Origin: Cyanobacteriota bacterium | GTDB lineage: Bacteria; Cyanobacteriota; Cyanobacteriia; PCC-6307; Cyanobiaceae | Length of the DNA: 64,000 nucleotides | Assembly: GCA_046052125.1 (NCBI GenBank) | Contig: JBJOMY010000004.1 | Coordinates: forward strand, 32,001-96,000 | Direction of reading: 5' to 3' | Shown here: positions 38,418 through 48,876 of the stretch, piece after piece | How the letters are laid out: the number at the start of each line of letters is the position of its first letter | Position numbering within the stretch: position 1 is the stretch's first letter | Program-made: the position numbers and the translations under genes | The notes under the pieces: model-generated | Seen by the model: only the letters and a program-made list of their open reading frames with translations | The model's database searches: none | Told to the model about the DNA's origin: nothing

Positions 38418-39478
38418 TGGGATCAGCTGCGCCCTTGCCCACGTTGCTGGTGATCCCCACGGGGATCGGTTGTGCCGTGGGCGGCTTTGCCGGCGATGCG
38501 CTGCCTGCTGCCCGTTTGCTTGCAGCGGCCAGTGATTGCCTGATCACCCATCCCAACGTGATGAATGGGGCAGCGCTCTATTGGAGTGATCCCCGCATTC
38601 ACTACGTGGAGGGCTCGAGCCTCGATCGCTTCGCGGCTGGGGAGCTGCTTCTCCAGCCGGTGCGGCAACAGCGGGTGGGTTTGCTGCTTGATGCCGGCAT
38701 TGAGCCCGAGTTGCGTCAGCGCCACCTACAGGTGGCGGATGGTTGCCGCGCCACGCTCGGCTTGAACATTGGCCCGGTGGTCACCACCGATATGCCCTTG
38801 GAGGTGAGCCTCAGCCTGGGTGCCAGCGGCGTGAGTTGGGGGCAGCTCAGGCGCCCTGATGCCTTGCTGCGGGCGGGGGAGCAGCTCAAGGCGGCCGGCG
38901 CCACCGCCATTGCAGTGGTGGCGCGCTTTCCCGATGACCCTGAGAGCGAAGCATTGGCTGCCTACCGGCAGGGCAGCGGTGTGGATGCCCTGGCCGGCGC
39001 GGAAGCCGTGATCAGCCATCTGCTCAGCCGAGAGCTCGGCTTGCCCTGCGCCCATGCCCCAGCCTTGAGTCCGCTGCCGTTGGATCCCGACCTTGATCCC
39101 CGGGCCGCAGGCGAGGAATTGGGCTTCACCTTCCTGCCGTGTGTGTTGGTGGGGCTGAGTCGAGCTCCTTCTCTGCTGCCGGCAGATGCCCCAGCTGTTG
39201 CAGGTGTTTCTCCCCTCGCAATCGATGCGGTCGGCGCGGTGATCGCCCCGGCTGCTGCGCTGGGGGGCGCGGCGGTGCTGGCCTGCGCTGAGCGCGGTAT
39301 CCCGGTGATTGCTGTCGATAACCCCTGCTTGCTCAACGTCACCGCTGAATCCCTGGGGCTGGAGGCGATTCCCGCCGCCAGCTACAGCGATGCGGCGGGC
39401 TTGGTGTTGGCCCTGCGGGAGGGGATTGCGCCGGCCGCCTTGCGGCGACCGTTGCCCCCGTTGTCGGCGCGGCCCTGA
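38417..39478 (+). CDS. DUF3326-family protein
   Basis: IPTGIGCAVGGFAGDA, THPNVMNGA, GAEAVISH. Confidence 0.85.
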   Translation: MGSAAPLPTLLVIPTGIGCAVGGFAGDALPAARLLAAASDCLITHPNVMNGAALYWSDPRIHYVEGSSLDRFAAGELLLQPVRQQRVGLLLDAGIEPELRQRHLQVADGCRATLGLNIGPVVTTDMPLEVSLSLGASGVSWGQLRRPDALLRAGEQLKAAGATAIAVVARFPDDPESEALAAYRQGSGVDALAGAEAVISHLLSRELGLPCAHAPALSPLPLDPDLDPRAAGEELGFTFLPCVLVGLSRAPSLLPADAPAVAGVSPLAIDAVGAVIAPAAALGGAAVLACAERGIPVIAVDNPCLLNVTAESLGLEAIPAASYSDAAGLVLALREGIAPAALRRPLPPLSARP

Positions 39479-39915
39479 TGGCGGGTTTCGCGACGGCCGG
39501 ATCGGCACAACAGCCTTGCCCTTGTGGCGGCGGCCCCTACAACCGCTGTTGCCGGCCCCTGCATCGCCAGGAGCGGTTGGCAGACACCGCGGAGCAGCTG
39601 ATGCGTTCTCGTTACAGCGCTTTTGCGCTTGGGGAGATCCAGCACCTGTTGTGCACCCAGCCCTCGGATCAACCCCTCGAGCAGCGGCGCCGCTCCCTGC
39701 AAGCCACCTGCCGCCAGCTCCGCTGGCGCGAGCTGGTGATCGTGGCTGCCGAGGCCGGCGGTGTGGGTGATCTCGAAGGCACCGTGCGCTTCGAGGCCCA
39801 CTACAGCGCCGCGGGTGAGCGAGGTGTGTTGCGGGAGTGCTCCCGGTTCGGCCGCGAGGGCGGCCGGCCCGATGGCGCCTGGCTCTACCTCGAGGCGCTC
39901 GAGCTCAATGACTAA
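39478..39915 (+). CDS. YchJ/SEC-C family protein
   Basis: CPCGGG.Y..CC.PLH, AEQLMRSRYSAF, WLY. Confidence 0.9.
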   Translation: MAGFATAGSAQQPCPCGGGPYNRCCRPLHRQERLADTAEQLMRSRYSAFALGEIQHLLCTQPSDQPLEQRRRSLQATCRQLRWRELVIVAAEAGGVGDLEGTVRFEAHYSAAGERGVLRECSRFGREGGRPDGAWLYLEALELND

Positions 39916-40207
39916 GGCTGGAGCAGATTCGCTCCAGCACAGAAGCGCAGCGGGTGCTCGAGCGGGCCATGCACTCACCACTGAGCGTTTCCAGCCACAG
40001 TTCGCCGGTGCTGGCGATGTCGCTCCAGTCGGCCCACACCCGCACGTAGTCGTTCACGCGGCGGCCGGAGCAGGGGCGCTCGATCGCCATCAGGGTGCGC
40101 TGGTCGGGCTGCTCTACCTCGAGGCCGAGCTGCTCCAGCAGCGGCCTGAGCAACTCCCCAGGGGAGCTGGAGTTGTGGAAGGGAACGAGGGCGCGGCAAT
40201 AAGCCAT
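39905..40207 (-). CDS. Hypothetical protein (Cys-containing)
   Basis: 100-aa ORF with coding-like codon usage filling the gap. Confidence 0.65.
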   Translation of the reverse strand: MAYCRALVPFHNSSSPGELLRPLLEQLGLEVEQPDQRTLMAIERPCSGRRVNDYVRVWADWSDIASTGELWLETLSGECMARSSTRCASVLERICSSLSH

Positions 40208-40297
40208 GGCGCTGGCGCGAAAAGGGCCGTGACTTCAACCTATGGATGCAGGCCAGATCGCCATGCGGGCTGCGCGGAATGATTTCCACTTCCCGCA

Positions 40298-41431
40298 TCA
40301 ATGCAGGCAGGCCATGGGATGGCGGGTGGGCAGTCCCAGGGCTTTGGCTACACCTGGATGACAGACGGCTCCGCCCACGGTGTTGAGGCCAGACACCAGT
40401 TCAGGCCTTTCCGTGACCGCCTCCACCAGACCCCTTCCGGCCACCGCCAGCACGTAGGGCAGGGTGACACTCACGAGCGCTTCGGTGGAGGTGAACGGCA
40501 CCGCGCCGGGCATGTTGCCCACGGCGTAGTGCTGCACCCCGTGGATCGTGACCACCGGATTGGTGTGGGTGGTTTCGCGGCTGGTGGCGATGCAGCCCCC
40601 TTGATCGATCGCTACATCCACGATCACCGAGCCCGGTTGCATGCGGCTCACCAGCTCCTCCTCCACCAGGGTCGGCGCTCGATCGCCAGGCAACAGCACC
40701 GCACCGATCAACAGGTCAGCGCTCGGGACCAGCCGCTCCAGCAGTCCGCGACTGCTCACCAAGCTCACGAGTCGGCCCTGCCGCTGGCTTTCCAACCGGC
40801 GGAGCCGTTCGGGGGAGAGGTCGAGCAGGAATACCTCCGCATCCATCGCCGCCGCCAGGCGGGCGGCATTCCAACCCACGCTTCCCGCTCCTAGCACTAC
40901 CACCCGTGCCGGTCGAACCCCAGTGCAACCGCCGATCAATACGCCACGGCCGCCATGGGGTTGCTCCAACAAGTGGGCGCCCACTTGAGCCGCCAAGCGC
41001 CCGGCGATCTCACTCATCGGTGCCAACAGCGGCAGACTGCCATCGGCGAGTTGCACGGTTTCGTAGGCGATCGAGGTAGTGCCGGCCTTCAGCAGCGCCT
41101 CCCCAACGGCCGGGTAGGCCGCCAGATGCAGGTAGGTGAACAGCACCAGATCTGGGCGCAAATAGCCGAACTCTTCGGCCTGCGGTTCCTTCACCTTCAC
41201 CACCAGATGAGCGGCCCAGGCATCTGAGCGGTTCACCAAGGTTGCGCCGGCGGCCTCGAAGGCGTCGTCGCTGATGCCAGCGCCCTGCCCCGCCCCCTGT
41301 TCGATCCGCACCTGTAGGCCATGGCTCACCAGCTCGCGCACCGCATCGGGCGTGAGCGCCACACGCCGCTCATCGGGCTTGATCTCCCGCGGCACGCCGA
41401 TGCTGGCGATCGGGGCGATGGAGCCGGCCAT
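40298..41431 (-). CDS. ald: Alanine dehydrogenase
   Basis: IGVPREIK, VKVKEP, FTYLHLA, DVAIDQGGC, NMPGAVP. Confidence 0.97.
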   Translation of the reverse strand: MAGSIAPIASIGVPREIKPDERRVALTPDAVRELVSHGLQVRIEQGAGQGAGISDDAFEAAGATLVNRSDAWAAHLVVKVKEPQAEEFGYLRPDLVLFTYLHLAAYPAVGEALLKAGTTSIAYETVQLADGSLPLLAPMSEIAGRLAAQVGAHLLEQPHGGRGVLIGGCTGVRPARVVVLGAGSVGWNAARLAAAMDAEVFLLDLSPERLRRLESQRQGRLVSLVSSRGLLERLVPSADLLIGAVLLPGDRAPTLVEEELVSRMQPGSVIVDVAIDQGGCIATSRETTHTNPVVTIHGVQHYAVGNMPGAVPFTSTEALVSVTLPYVLAVAGRGLVEAVTERPELVSGLNTVGGAVCHPGVAKALGLPTRHPMACLH

Positions 41432-41500
41432 GGGGCGCGAGCGGGGCTGATCAGCCTTCAGCTTGGCGCTGGCAATGGGGGTTGGCTACCTGCCGTGCGC

Positions 41501-43204
41501 TCAGCGTGCAGCGATGGGCATCCGCCAGCCGCTGCCGAAGGAGCGTTTGCTGAGCTTCAGCACCGGCGGCGCCTGGCGGCGTTTGAATTCCGCCCGCCGC
41601 AGCAGCCCCATCACCCGCTCGGCCAAGGCCGCATCCACGCCGTTGTGGATGAGGTCTTCAGGGCTTTGATGCTCCTCTAAAAGTGCCTGCAGCAGGGGAT
41701 CCAACACCGCGTAATCCGGGAGTGAATCGCTGTCGCGTTGATCCGGCCGCAGCTCAGCGCTTGGGGGTTTCTCGCGAATCGCCGCGCCCACCAGCTCCCC
41801 CTCACTCGGCAGCCCCAGGCTGCGGCGGCATGCGGCCGAAGCCGGCGCATCGATCCAGGCACACAGGCGAAACACCGTGGTCTTGTAGAGGTCGCCGATC
41901 ACGGCCAGCCCGCCGTTCATGTCGCCATAGAGGGTGCAGTAGCCGACTGCCAGCTCTGATTTGTTGCCCGTGGAGAGGAGCAGTTGGCCCTGCTCGTTGG
42001 CCACCGCCATCAGTAGCGTGCCGCGGATGCGTGATTGCAGGTTTTCGGCCGTTAATCCCGTTGGTCCGCCGTTGAGCGGAGCGGCGAGGGCGGTATCGAA
42101 GGTTGCCATCAGCGGCTCGATCGGCACCGTTTCGGTGGCGATGCCCAGCCGCTTGGCGAGGGCAAGGGAGTCGTTGATCGAGCCCTCCGAGCTCCAGGGT
42201 GACGGCATCAGCAGCGCCTGCACGTTGTTCGGCCCCAGGGCAGCCGCAGCAATCACGGCCACGAGGGCTGAATCAATGCCGCCGCTCAGCCCCAGGAGGG
42301 CTTGCTGAAAACCGCATTTGCGGGCGTAGTCGCGCACCCCCAAAACCAGGGAGCGCAGGAGCAGCTCCTCGGTGCCGGGCAGGCTCAGGTCCTTGGCAGT
42401 TGATTGCTCCGGGGCTTTGGCCGTCGTGCTGATCTCCCAGACGCCGAGATCTGCGGCGGCAAAGGCCAACTGGCAGACCACATCCCCTGCGGCGCTCGTG
42501 ATGAAGCTGCCACCGTCGAACACCAGTTCGTCGTTGCCGCCCACTTGGTTCACGTACACCACCGGGCAGTGGAGCCGTTTAGCGGCGGCGGCGGCCAACT
42601 CACGGCGCAGCTGCGCTTTGCCTTGCCCGAAGGGAGAGGCCGAGAGGTTGAGCAGCAGATCGGGTTGCAGCGCCTGCAGATCCGCCACCGGGTCGCCGCC
42701 GAGCAGCCGCTGTTCATGCAGCTCCTCTTCCACCCACAGGTCTTCGCAGAGGGTGAGGCCGAGCCGCCAAGGGCGGCCGTCGCCCTCCAGCTCCAGCAGA
42801 CAGGCTTGATCGGCAGGGCGGAAGTACCGCCGCTCATCAAACACGTCGTAGCTGGGCAGCAGGCGCTTGCGCGCCACCACACGCCACTGGCCGCCCTCCA
42901 CGAGCGCGGCGCTGTTGAACAGATCGGGTTGCTGGCCGTCGCTCACCGTTTCGCTGATGCCCAGCACCAGGGCCAGCCCTTCCGGCAGTTCAGCCGCCAG
43001 CTGATCGAGCACCTGCTGCTGGCGTTCGCGCAGGGCTGGCCGCAGCAGCAGGTCGCGGGGTGGGTATCCCCAGAGCGCCAGCTCCGGTGCCACCACCAGG
43101 CTGGCGGCCTCGGCAGCCGCACGCCGGCAGGCGTCGAGCAGCAGATCACCATTGCCTGCCAGGTCGCCCACCACGGGATTGATCTGGGCGAGGGCAAGAC
43201 GCAT
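41501..43204 (-). CDS. nadE: Glutamine-dependent NAD+ synthetase
   Basis: Nitrilase domain (PE, K, CEDLW) + LGLSGGIDSA, TGNKSE, PPSAEL. Confidence 0.97.
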   Translation of the reverse strand: MRLALAQINPVVGDLAGNGDLLLDACRRAAAEAASLVVAPELALWGYPPRDLLLRPALRERQQQVLDQLAAELPEGLALVLGISETVSDGQQPDLFNSAALVEGGQWRVVARKRLLPSYDVFDERRYFRPADQACLLELEGDGRPWRLGLTLCEDLWVEEELHEQRLLGGDPVADLQALQPDLLLNLSASPFGQGKAQLRRELAAAAAKRLHCPVVYVNQVGGNDELVFDGGSFITSAAGDVVCQLAFAAADLGVWEISTTAKAPEQSTAKDLSLPGTEELLLRSLVLGVRDYARKCGFQQALLGLSGGIDSALVAVIAAAALGPNNVQALLMPSPWSSEGSINDSLALAKRLGIATETVPIEPLMATFDTALAAPLNGGPTGLTAENLQSRIRGTLLMAVANEQGQLLLSTGNKSELAVGYCTLYGDMNGGLAVIGDLYKTTVFRLCAWIDAPASAACRRSLGLPSEGELVGAAIREKPPSAELRPDQRDSDSLPDYAVLDPLLQALLEEHQSPEDLIHNGVDAALAERVMGLLRRAEFKRRQAPPVLKLSKRSFGSGWRMPIAAR

Positions 43205-43797
43205 CAGCGGGGCGTGCGGGAGGGCTCTTGCCCCAGGCCGTAGAGATTGTGCTTGACCAGTTCGGCCCAGAGCGCGGCTGGCACCTGTTCGGGGCTCGGG
43301 TGGCGGCGGATCGCTGAACTGGCGGTGGCGGGTACCGGCAGGTGCACCAGTTCTATCTGGCCCCCCAGCGCTTCGATCGTTGCCAGGGCCTTGGGATCCA
43401 GCGGGAATCCCTGGCGGGGCACCACCGCCAGCCGGCAGTGCTGCAACAGCTCCGCCGCTCGATACCAGCTGGGCACTTGAGCGGCCAGATCACCCCCCAC
43501 CACGAACACCAACGCGTGGCCGGGCCAGAGCTCGGCGGCGCGGGTCACGGTGTCCAGGGCGCGGGGGCTGCTGAGCGCCTGGCGATGGTGGATGCGCGGA
43601 TCAGCGAGGTCTTGCACCAGCGCCTCGAGCAGCTGGGCGCGCACGGCCAGGGGAGCACCGTGCTGTTTCAAGGGGTTGTCACTGGCCCAGGTCACCACCT
43701 GGCCGTAGTGCTCTGCTAATCCCGCCAGCAGGGCGCGATGTCCTTCGGTGGGCGGATCGGCACTGGTGCCCAGCAGCGCCAGGGTGGGCTGGCTCAT
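43204..43797 (-). CDS. nadD: Nicotinate-nucleotide adenylyltransferase
   Basis: GTSADPPTEGH, NPLK, ASSAIR; coupled to nadE. Confidence 0.93.
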   Translation of the reverse strand: MSQPTLALLGTSADPPTEGHRALLAGLAEHYGQVVTWASDNPLKQHGAPLAVRAQLLEALVQDLADPRIHHRQALSSPRALDTVTRAAELWPGHALVFVVGGDLAAQVPSWYRAAELLQHCRLAVVPRQGFPLDPKALATIEALGGQIELVHLPVPATASSAIRRHPSPEQVPAALWAELVKHNLYGLGQEPSRTPR

Positions 43798-45131
43798 GGC
43801 AGCAGCGGCTTCAGGGTTTGCGGCCTGGCTTCCAGCTCCCGCCACTGCTGCAGCCAGGAGCGCGCCTGGGGATCCTGCTGCGCGAGGCGGCGCAGCAGCG
43901 AGGCCGGCCGCAACCGCCCCCGTTCAGCACTCCGCAGCAGTTCGGCTGCAGCCAGCCGGCCCGTGAGCCGGGTGGTGTGCACCGCCAGCGCCGCCTGGGC
44001 GAGGGCCACCGGTGCGGCGGGGGCCAAACTCAGCCCACCGCTGAAGGGAGCAGCCAGCGTCAGCACCTGGCGCAGCCCCCCCAGCAAGAGCTGAATCCCC
44101 AGCTGGGTGCCGCCGAGCAGAGCGTTCTGGGCCGAGAGGCGCGTGAGCAGGGCCCGGGCCCCGCCACCGCCGAGTTCCAGCCCGTAGAGATCGCAGAGCT
44201 GCACCACCAGCGCTGTATCGAGGGCCAGGCCGCCGGCCAAATCCAAGAGCAGCAAGGGATTGGCGGCTACGCCGGTGGCCTTGAGAGCGGCGTAGCGCCC
44301 GATCAGGGCCTGGGCGCCCTCGCGGCCGCGCCGCAGCCGCCACTGATGCAGCCGCTGGGCGAAGCGATCGGCTGCCCGCAGCCCGTTCAGCCCCAGGAGC
44401 AGGGCGCCGTGCTGCTCCAGCAGATCGATCAAGGCCTGGCGCAGCGGTGCCACCTGGGGGGGCATCGGTTCACTGCGCACGCGCCCGTCATCCAGCACCA
44501 AGGCGCGCCGAGGGGCTGAGGCCACCGCCAACAGTTCCAGGTGCCGTGCCGCGGCAGGAAGACGGCGGCGAATGCTGGTGATCAGCGCGTCGCGTTCGCC
44601 CTGGGGCCAGCAATCGATGCGGTTGAGCACCAGCAGCACCGGTTTGCCGGCCGCCAGCAGTTGCTCGAGGGCTTCCGCCTCTGGGGTGGTGAGATCGCTG
44701 TCGAGCACCAGCAGCACCAGATCGGCACCGATGGCCACGCGCGCGGCCAGCCGTTGCCGAGCTCGAGCCGCGATTTCATCGATGCCAGGGGTATCCACCA
44801 GGTCCACCCCCGCGAGCCCGCGGATGGCGACGTCCCAGGGCTGGCGCTGTTGGTGGCGGGTGCAGCCATGGGCCACGTCGGTGGCGAAGGCGGCTTGGCC
44901 CAGCAGGGCATTGAGCAGGCTGGATTTGCCTACGCCCACGCGGCCGAACACAGCAACCCGCAGTCGCCGCTGATGCAGCGCCAACAGCTGTTGATCGAGG
45001 GCCTGCAGCTCAGGACTCAGCGCACTGCGCTCGCGATCGCTCAGCCGCAGCCCACTGCGCCACTCGCCCAGCAGCAGCTCGCAACGCTCAGCAGTGGAGG
45101 GTTGGCGCAAGGGCGGCGGTGGGTACGCCAT
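43794..45131 (-). CDS. Era-like GTP-binding protein with DUF697-type C-terminus
   Basis: GRVGVGKSS, DTPG, NRID; hydrophobic C-terminal half; start approximate. Confidence 0.85.
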   Translation of the reverse strand: MAYPPPPLRQPSTAERCELLLGEWRSGLRLSDRERSALSPELQALDQQLLALHQRRLRVAVFGRVGVGKSSLLNALLGQAAFATDVAHGCTRHQQRQPWDVAIRGLAGVDLVDTPGIDEIAARARQRLAARVAIGADLVLLVLDSDLTTPEAEALEQLLAAGKPVLLVLNRIDCWPQGERDALITSIRRRLPAAARHLELLAVASAPRRALVLDDGRVRSEPMPPQVAPLRQALIDLLEQHGALLLGLNGLRAADRFAQRLHQWRLRRGREGAQALIGRYAALKATGVAANPLLLLDLAGGLALDTALVVQLCDLYGLELGGGGARALLTRLSAQNALLGGTQLGIQLLLGGLRQVLTLAAPFSGGLSLAPAAPVALAQAALAVHTTRLTGRLAAAELLRSAERGRLRPASLLRRLAQQDPQARSWLQQWRELEARPQTLKPLLP

Positions 45132-45178
45132 GCATTGAAGCGGTTGTGCCATCGTCGCGCTCAGCACCGCTCACCCCC

Positions 45179-46501
45179 ATGCTGACCAGCCCAGCCGTGT
45201 TTGCAGAGCGTCGCAGCCGCTTCTTTCAGGCCCTGGGTGGCGCCGCAGCCGTGATCCCCGCGGCGCCGCTGGCGGTGCACCACGCCGACTGTGAGTGGCC
45301 CTTCCGCCAGAACAGCGACTTCTGGTACCTCACCGGCTTTGATGAACCCGATGCCGTGGCGCTGTTTCTGCCGCACCGGCCCGAGGGTGAGCGATTTGTG
45401 CTGTTTGTGCAGCCCAAGGAGCCCAGTGCCGAGGTGTGGAACGGCTTCCGTTGGGGTTGTGAAGGCGCGGTGCAGCAGTTTGGGGCTGATCTGGCCCATC
45501 CCCGCTCGGAGCTGGCGCAGCGATTGCCGGAGTATCTGAGTGGGGCCGAGGGCATCGCCTTCCGGGTGGGCAAACATCCCGCCGTGGAGCCGTTGGTGCT
45601 GCAGGCCTGGGCAGGGCAGTTGGATCGTGCTCCCCGCAGTGGTGCGGCTGCTCTGGGGCTGGTTGCTCCCTGCCCGCTGCTGCATCAGCTGCGTCTGCGC
45701 AAGACGCCCGAGGAGCTGGTGCGCATGCGCGAAGCCGCCCGCATCTCGGCCGAAGCTCATGAGCTGGCCCGTCAGGTGGCCCGGCCCGGTTTGATCGAGC
45801 GCCAGGTGCAGGCGGTGATCGAGCAGCACTTCCTCGAACAGGGTGCGCGCGGGCCTGCTTACAACTCAATCGTGGCCGGCGGTGATAACGCCTGCGTGCT
45901 GCACTACACCGCCAACAACGCCCCCCTGCGGGACGGCGATCTGCTGCTGATCGACGCCGGCTGCTCCCTCGCGGACTACTACAACGGCGACATCACCCGC
46001 ACCTTCCCCATCAACGGTCGCTTCAGCGCTGAGCAGCGGGCCCTCTATGAGCTTGTGCTGGCGTCTCAGGAAGCTGCTGTGGCTGCCGTGGCTCCGGGGC
46101 AGACCGCTGAAGGGGTGCATGCCACGGCTGTGCGTGTGCTCGTTGAGGGTCTGCTGGAGCTTGGTTTGCTTGCCGGCAGCGCCGACGGAATCATCGAGCA
46201 GGGCTCCTATCGCCACCTCTACATGCATCGCACCGGGCATTGGCTCGGCCTTGATGTGCACGATGTGGGCGCTTATCGCCTGGGTGAGCACCACGTGGCC
46301 CTCGAGCCCGGCATGGTGCTCACCGTGGAGCCGGGCCTGTACGTGAGTGATCGCCTGCCCGTGCCGGAGGGGCAGCCAGCCATCGAAGAACGCTGGAAGG
46401 GCATTGGCATCCGCATCGAAGACGACGTGGCCGTGACCGACCACGGCCACGACAACCTCACCGCCGCTGCCTTGAAAGCGCCCGCTGCGATGGAGCGCTG
46501 A
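45179..46501 (+). CDS. pepP: Xaa-Pro aminopeptidase P
   Basis: FRQNSDFWYLTG, DITRT, HWLGLDVHD, EPG, RIEDD. Confidence 0.96.
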   Translation: MLTSPAVFAERRSRFFQALGGAAAVIPAAPLAVHHADCEWPFRQNSDFWYLTGFDEPDAVALFLPHRPEGERFVLFVQPKEPSAEVWNGFRWGCEGAVQQFGADLAHPRSELAQRLPEYLSGAEGIAFRVGKHPAVEPLVLQAWAGQLDRAPRSGAAALGLVAPCPLLHQLRLRKTPEELVRMREAARISAEAHELARQVARPGLIERQVQAVIEQHFLEQGARGPAYNSIVAGGDNACVLHYTANNAPLRDGDLLLIDAGCSLADYYNGDITRTFPINGRFSAEQRALYELVLASQEAAVAAVAPGQTAEGVHATAVRVLVEGLLELGLLAGSADGIIEQGSYRHLYMHRTGHWLGLDVHDVGAYRLGEHHVALEPGMVLTVEPGLYVSDRLPVPEGQPAIEERWKGIGIRIEDDVAVTDHGHDNLTAAALKAPAAMER

Positions 46502-46507
46502 GGTCGC

Positions 46508-47287
46508 TCAGCGCAACAGCAGCTCGAGGCTTTCCAGGACAGCCGTGGTGCTCGGGATCACGGCATCCGCTCCGGCCTCGAGCAGTTGTGCCTCGTAGTG
46601 GCCGCGGCGTTCCTGCGCTTCAGGGGTGTGGAGGTGCGGCGGGGCGACGGCCAGGCTCAGGAAGGGGTGCTCCGGTTGCTCCTGGCGCGCGCGCTGCACC
46701 GTGATCACATCAGCCACCGTGTCCCCCAGATAAGCCACCGGGATCGAAGGCTGTGTTCCAAACGGCGCTTGGAGCAGCTCCGCCGCAAGCCTCAGGAACC
46801 CCGTGGGGTCGGGTTTGTCGGGGGCATCGCCCATGGCGATCAGCGGAGGCTGGTGCAGCCCCAGGCGTTGCTCGAGCACGAAGCGAGCCGATGGTGGTTC
46901 GGCTCCACTCACAAACCCCCAAGCCACGCCGGCGTGGCTGAGTTGATCGAAGAAGCGGGGCTCCACCAGCAGCGGCTCACTGCCGATGAAGCCCCGCCAC
47001 TGGCCGGGGTCGCCGTTGGGATTGCCGCCGAAATAGAAGCCGTTGAACACCTCCACCAGGGCCTCAAAGGCGGGGAGCTGGCCGAGCCCGCCGCGGCGCA
47101 GCAGTTCCAGGGAGGCCTCCCAGTCGTTGTTCCAGCAGCCCTCTGCCTTGAGCGCATCAATGGCGGCCGGCTCGGGCCGCACACCGCTGTAGTGATGCAC
47201 CGTTTCCACGATGGCGCGCCTGTAGCTGCCGCCCACATCCCGGATCACGCCGTCGATGTCGAACAGCAGCAGAGCTCGCGGTATCAG
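46508..47287 (-). CDS. HAD-family hydrolase (TIGR01548-like)
   Basis: LLFDIDGVIRDV motif I lies upstream of track start; KPDP, GDTVAD; start probably CTG/ATA. Confidence 0.88.
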   Translation of the reverse strand: MIPRALLLFDIDGVIRDVGGSYRRAIVETVHHYSGVRPEPAAIDALKAEGCWNNDWEASLELLRRGGLGQLPAFEALVEVFNGFYFGGNPNGDPGQWRGFIGSEPLLVEPRFFDQLSHAGVAWGFVSGAEPPSARFVLEQRLGLHQPPLIAMGDAPDKPDPTGFLRLAAELLQAPFGTQPSIPVAYLGDTVADVITVQRARQEQPEHPFLSLAVAPPHLHTPEAQERRGHYEAQLLEAGADAVIPSTTAVLESLELLLR

Positions 47288-47329
47288 GGGGTGGCGGCAG
47301 CGGCTGGTAGGTTAGTTCTTTGTGATTAA

Positions 47330-47812
<483 letters not shown>

Positions 47813-47840
47813 TCGCGCGAGCAAGGCACATCGTCGCTCT

Positions 47841-47864
47841 GAGCTCCCTCACGGGAGCTTTTTT
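47841..47864 (+). terminator. Intrinsic terminator after ycf65
   Basis: AGCTCCC-TCAC-GGGAGCT-TTTTT. Confidence 0.85.
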
Positions 47865-47901
47865 ATTGGTCGCATAGGCTTTGTGGCACTGCGCTGCGGC
47901 G

Positions 47902-48876
47902 CTACTGCCGCCCCCGCATCACCTGGCCGAAGCTGCTGCCGGTGATCAGGGCGGGGTTGGTGGCGGTGTCAACGGTGAAGCTGCGGGATTCGCTCTGGCT
48001 GGTGCCGTCGGGGTACACAAAGGTCACCAACCCCTCCAGGGTCACAACGGAACCGTTGCGGCCCGTTTCCTGGAGTTGGTCCACGCTGACCCGTTGAAAC
48101 TGGCGGAAGAAGGCCGGATCGAACTGGTCGGCTGCTTCGCCGCTGAACCGTTGGCGAGCCGCCTGTATGTTGCCCATCGAGAGCTCGTTGTAGAGCTGCT
48201 CCACGCTGCTCACCGCTTGGGCGCCTGCCGTATCGGTGCTCCCGAGTCCGAGCTCCGGGGCTGGTGGGGTCTCTGTTCTGGGGGCCTGTGGCTCGGGTGT
48301 TGCGGTGGTGCCGTTCAGCCCAGGGAAGCCAGTGTTGCTCGGACCGGCCGTGGGTTGATTGGTTTGAAGCAGCAGCCAGGCCAGGCCGCCGCCCACGCCC
48401 ACCACCAACACACCGGCGATGAAGCTGAGCACCGCCACCAAACCGCCGCTGCCGTTTCCTTCCTGCGCCGGTTCTGAGTCGTCGTCCTGGTCTTGAGCGG
48501 GAAGAGGAGCTGCGGGCGGTTCGGGGCTTGCGGCAGCCGTGGGTGGTTGGATCCGGCTTGTTTCGCTGAGCCCGAGCAGGCCTCTCAGCACCGCATCCAT
48601 GCGTTCGCAGATTGGTGCCGCGAACACCTGGTTGAGTTCCTGCTGCAACCGCAATTGCAGCCGTTGATCGGCAGCCAAGGGTGGCTGCTGGGCCGTCGCG
48701 CTGCTGAAGGCTGGTGTCATCACCAGGTATTTGAGGGCTGGCAGCAGGGCCAGCTGGCTGTTGCCGCAGAAGTCGCCCACGAGGGCCTGCAGCCGGCGCC
48801 CATCACTCGCCAGGCCCCGCTCCAGGTCAGCCAGGATCTGCCGGCGCAGGTTGGCTCCGAGGTCGTAATCGTTCAC
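47902..48876 (-). CDS. Single-pass membrane protein: helical N-domain, Pro-rich linker, TM, exported NTF2-like(?) C-domain
   Basis: GTG start overlaps PP2C stop (GTGA); TM LVAVLSFIAGVLVVGVGGGLAWLLL; C-terminal helix + beta-strand pattern. Confidence 0.8.
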   Translation of the reverse strand: MNDYDLGANLRRQILADLERGLASDGRRLQALVGDFCGNSQLALLPALKYLVMTPAFSSATAQQPPLAADQRLQLRLQQELNQVFAAPICERMDAVLRGLLGLSETSRIQPPTAAASPEPPAAPLPAQDQDDDSEPAQEGNGSGGLVAVLSFIAGVLVVGVGGGLAWLLLQTNQPTAGPSNTGFPGLNGTTATPEPQAPRTETPPAPELGLGSTDTAGAQAVSSVEQLYNELSMGNIQAARQRFSGEAADQFDPAFFRQFQRVSVDQLQETGRNGSVVTLEGLVTFVYPDGTSQSESRSFTVDTATNPALITGSSFGQVMRGRQ

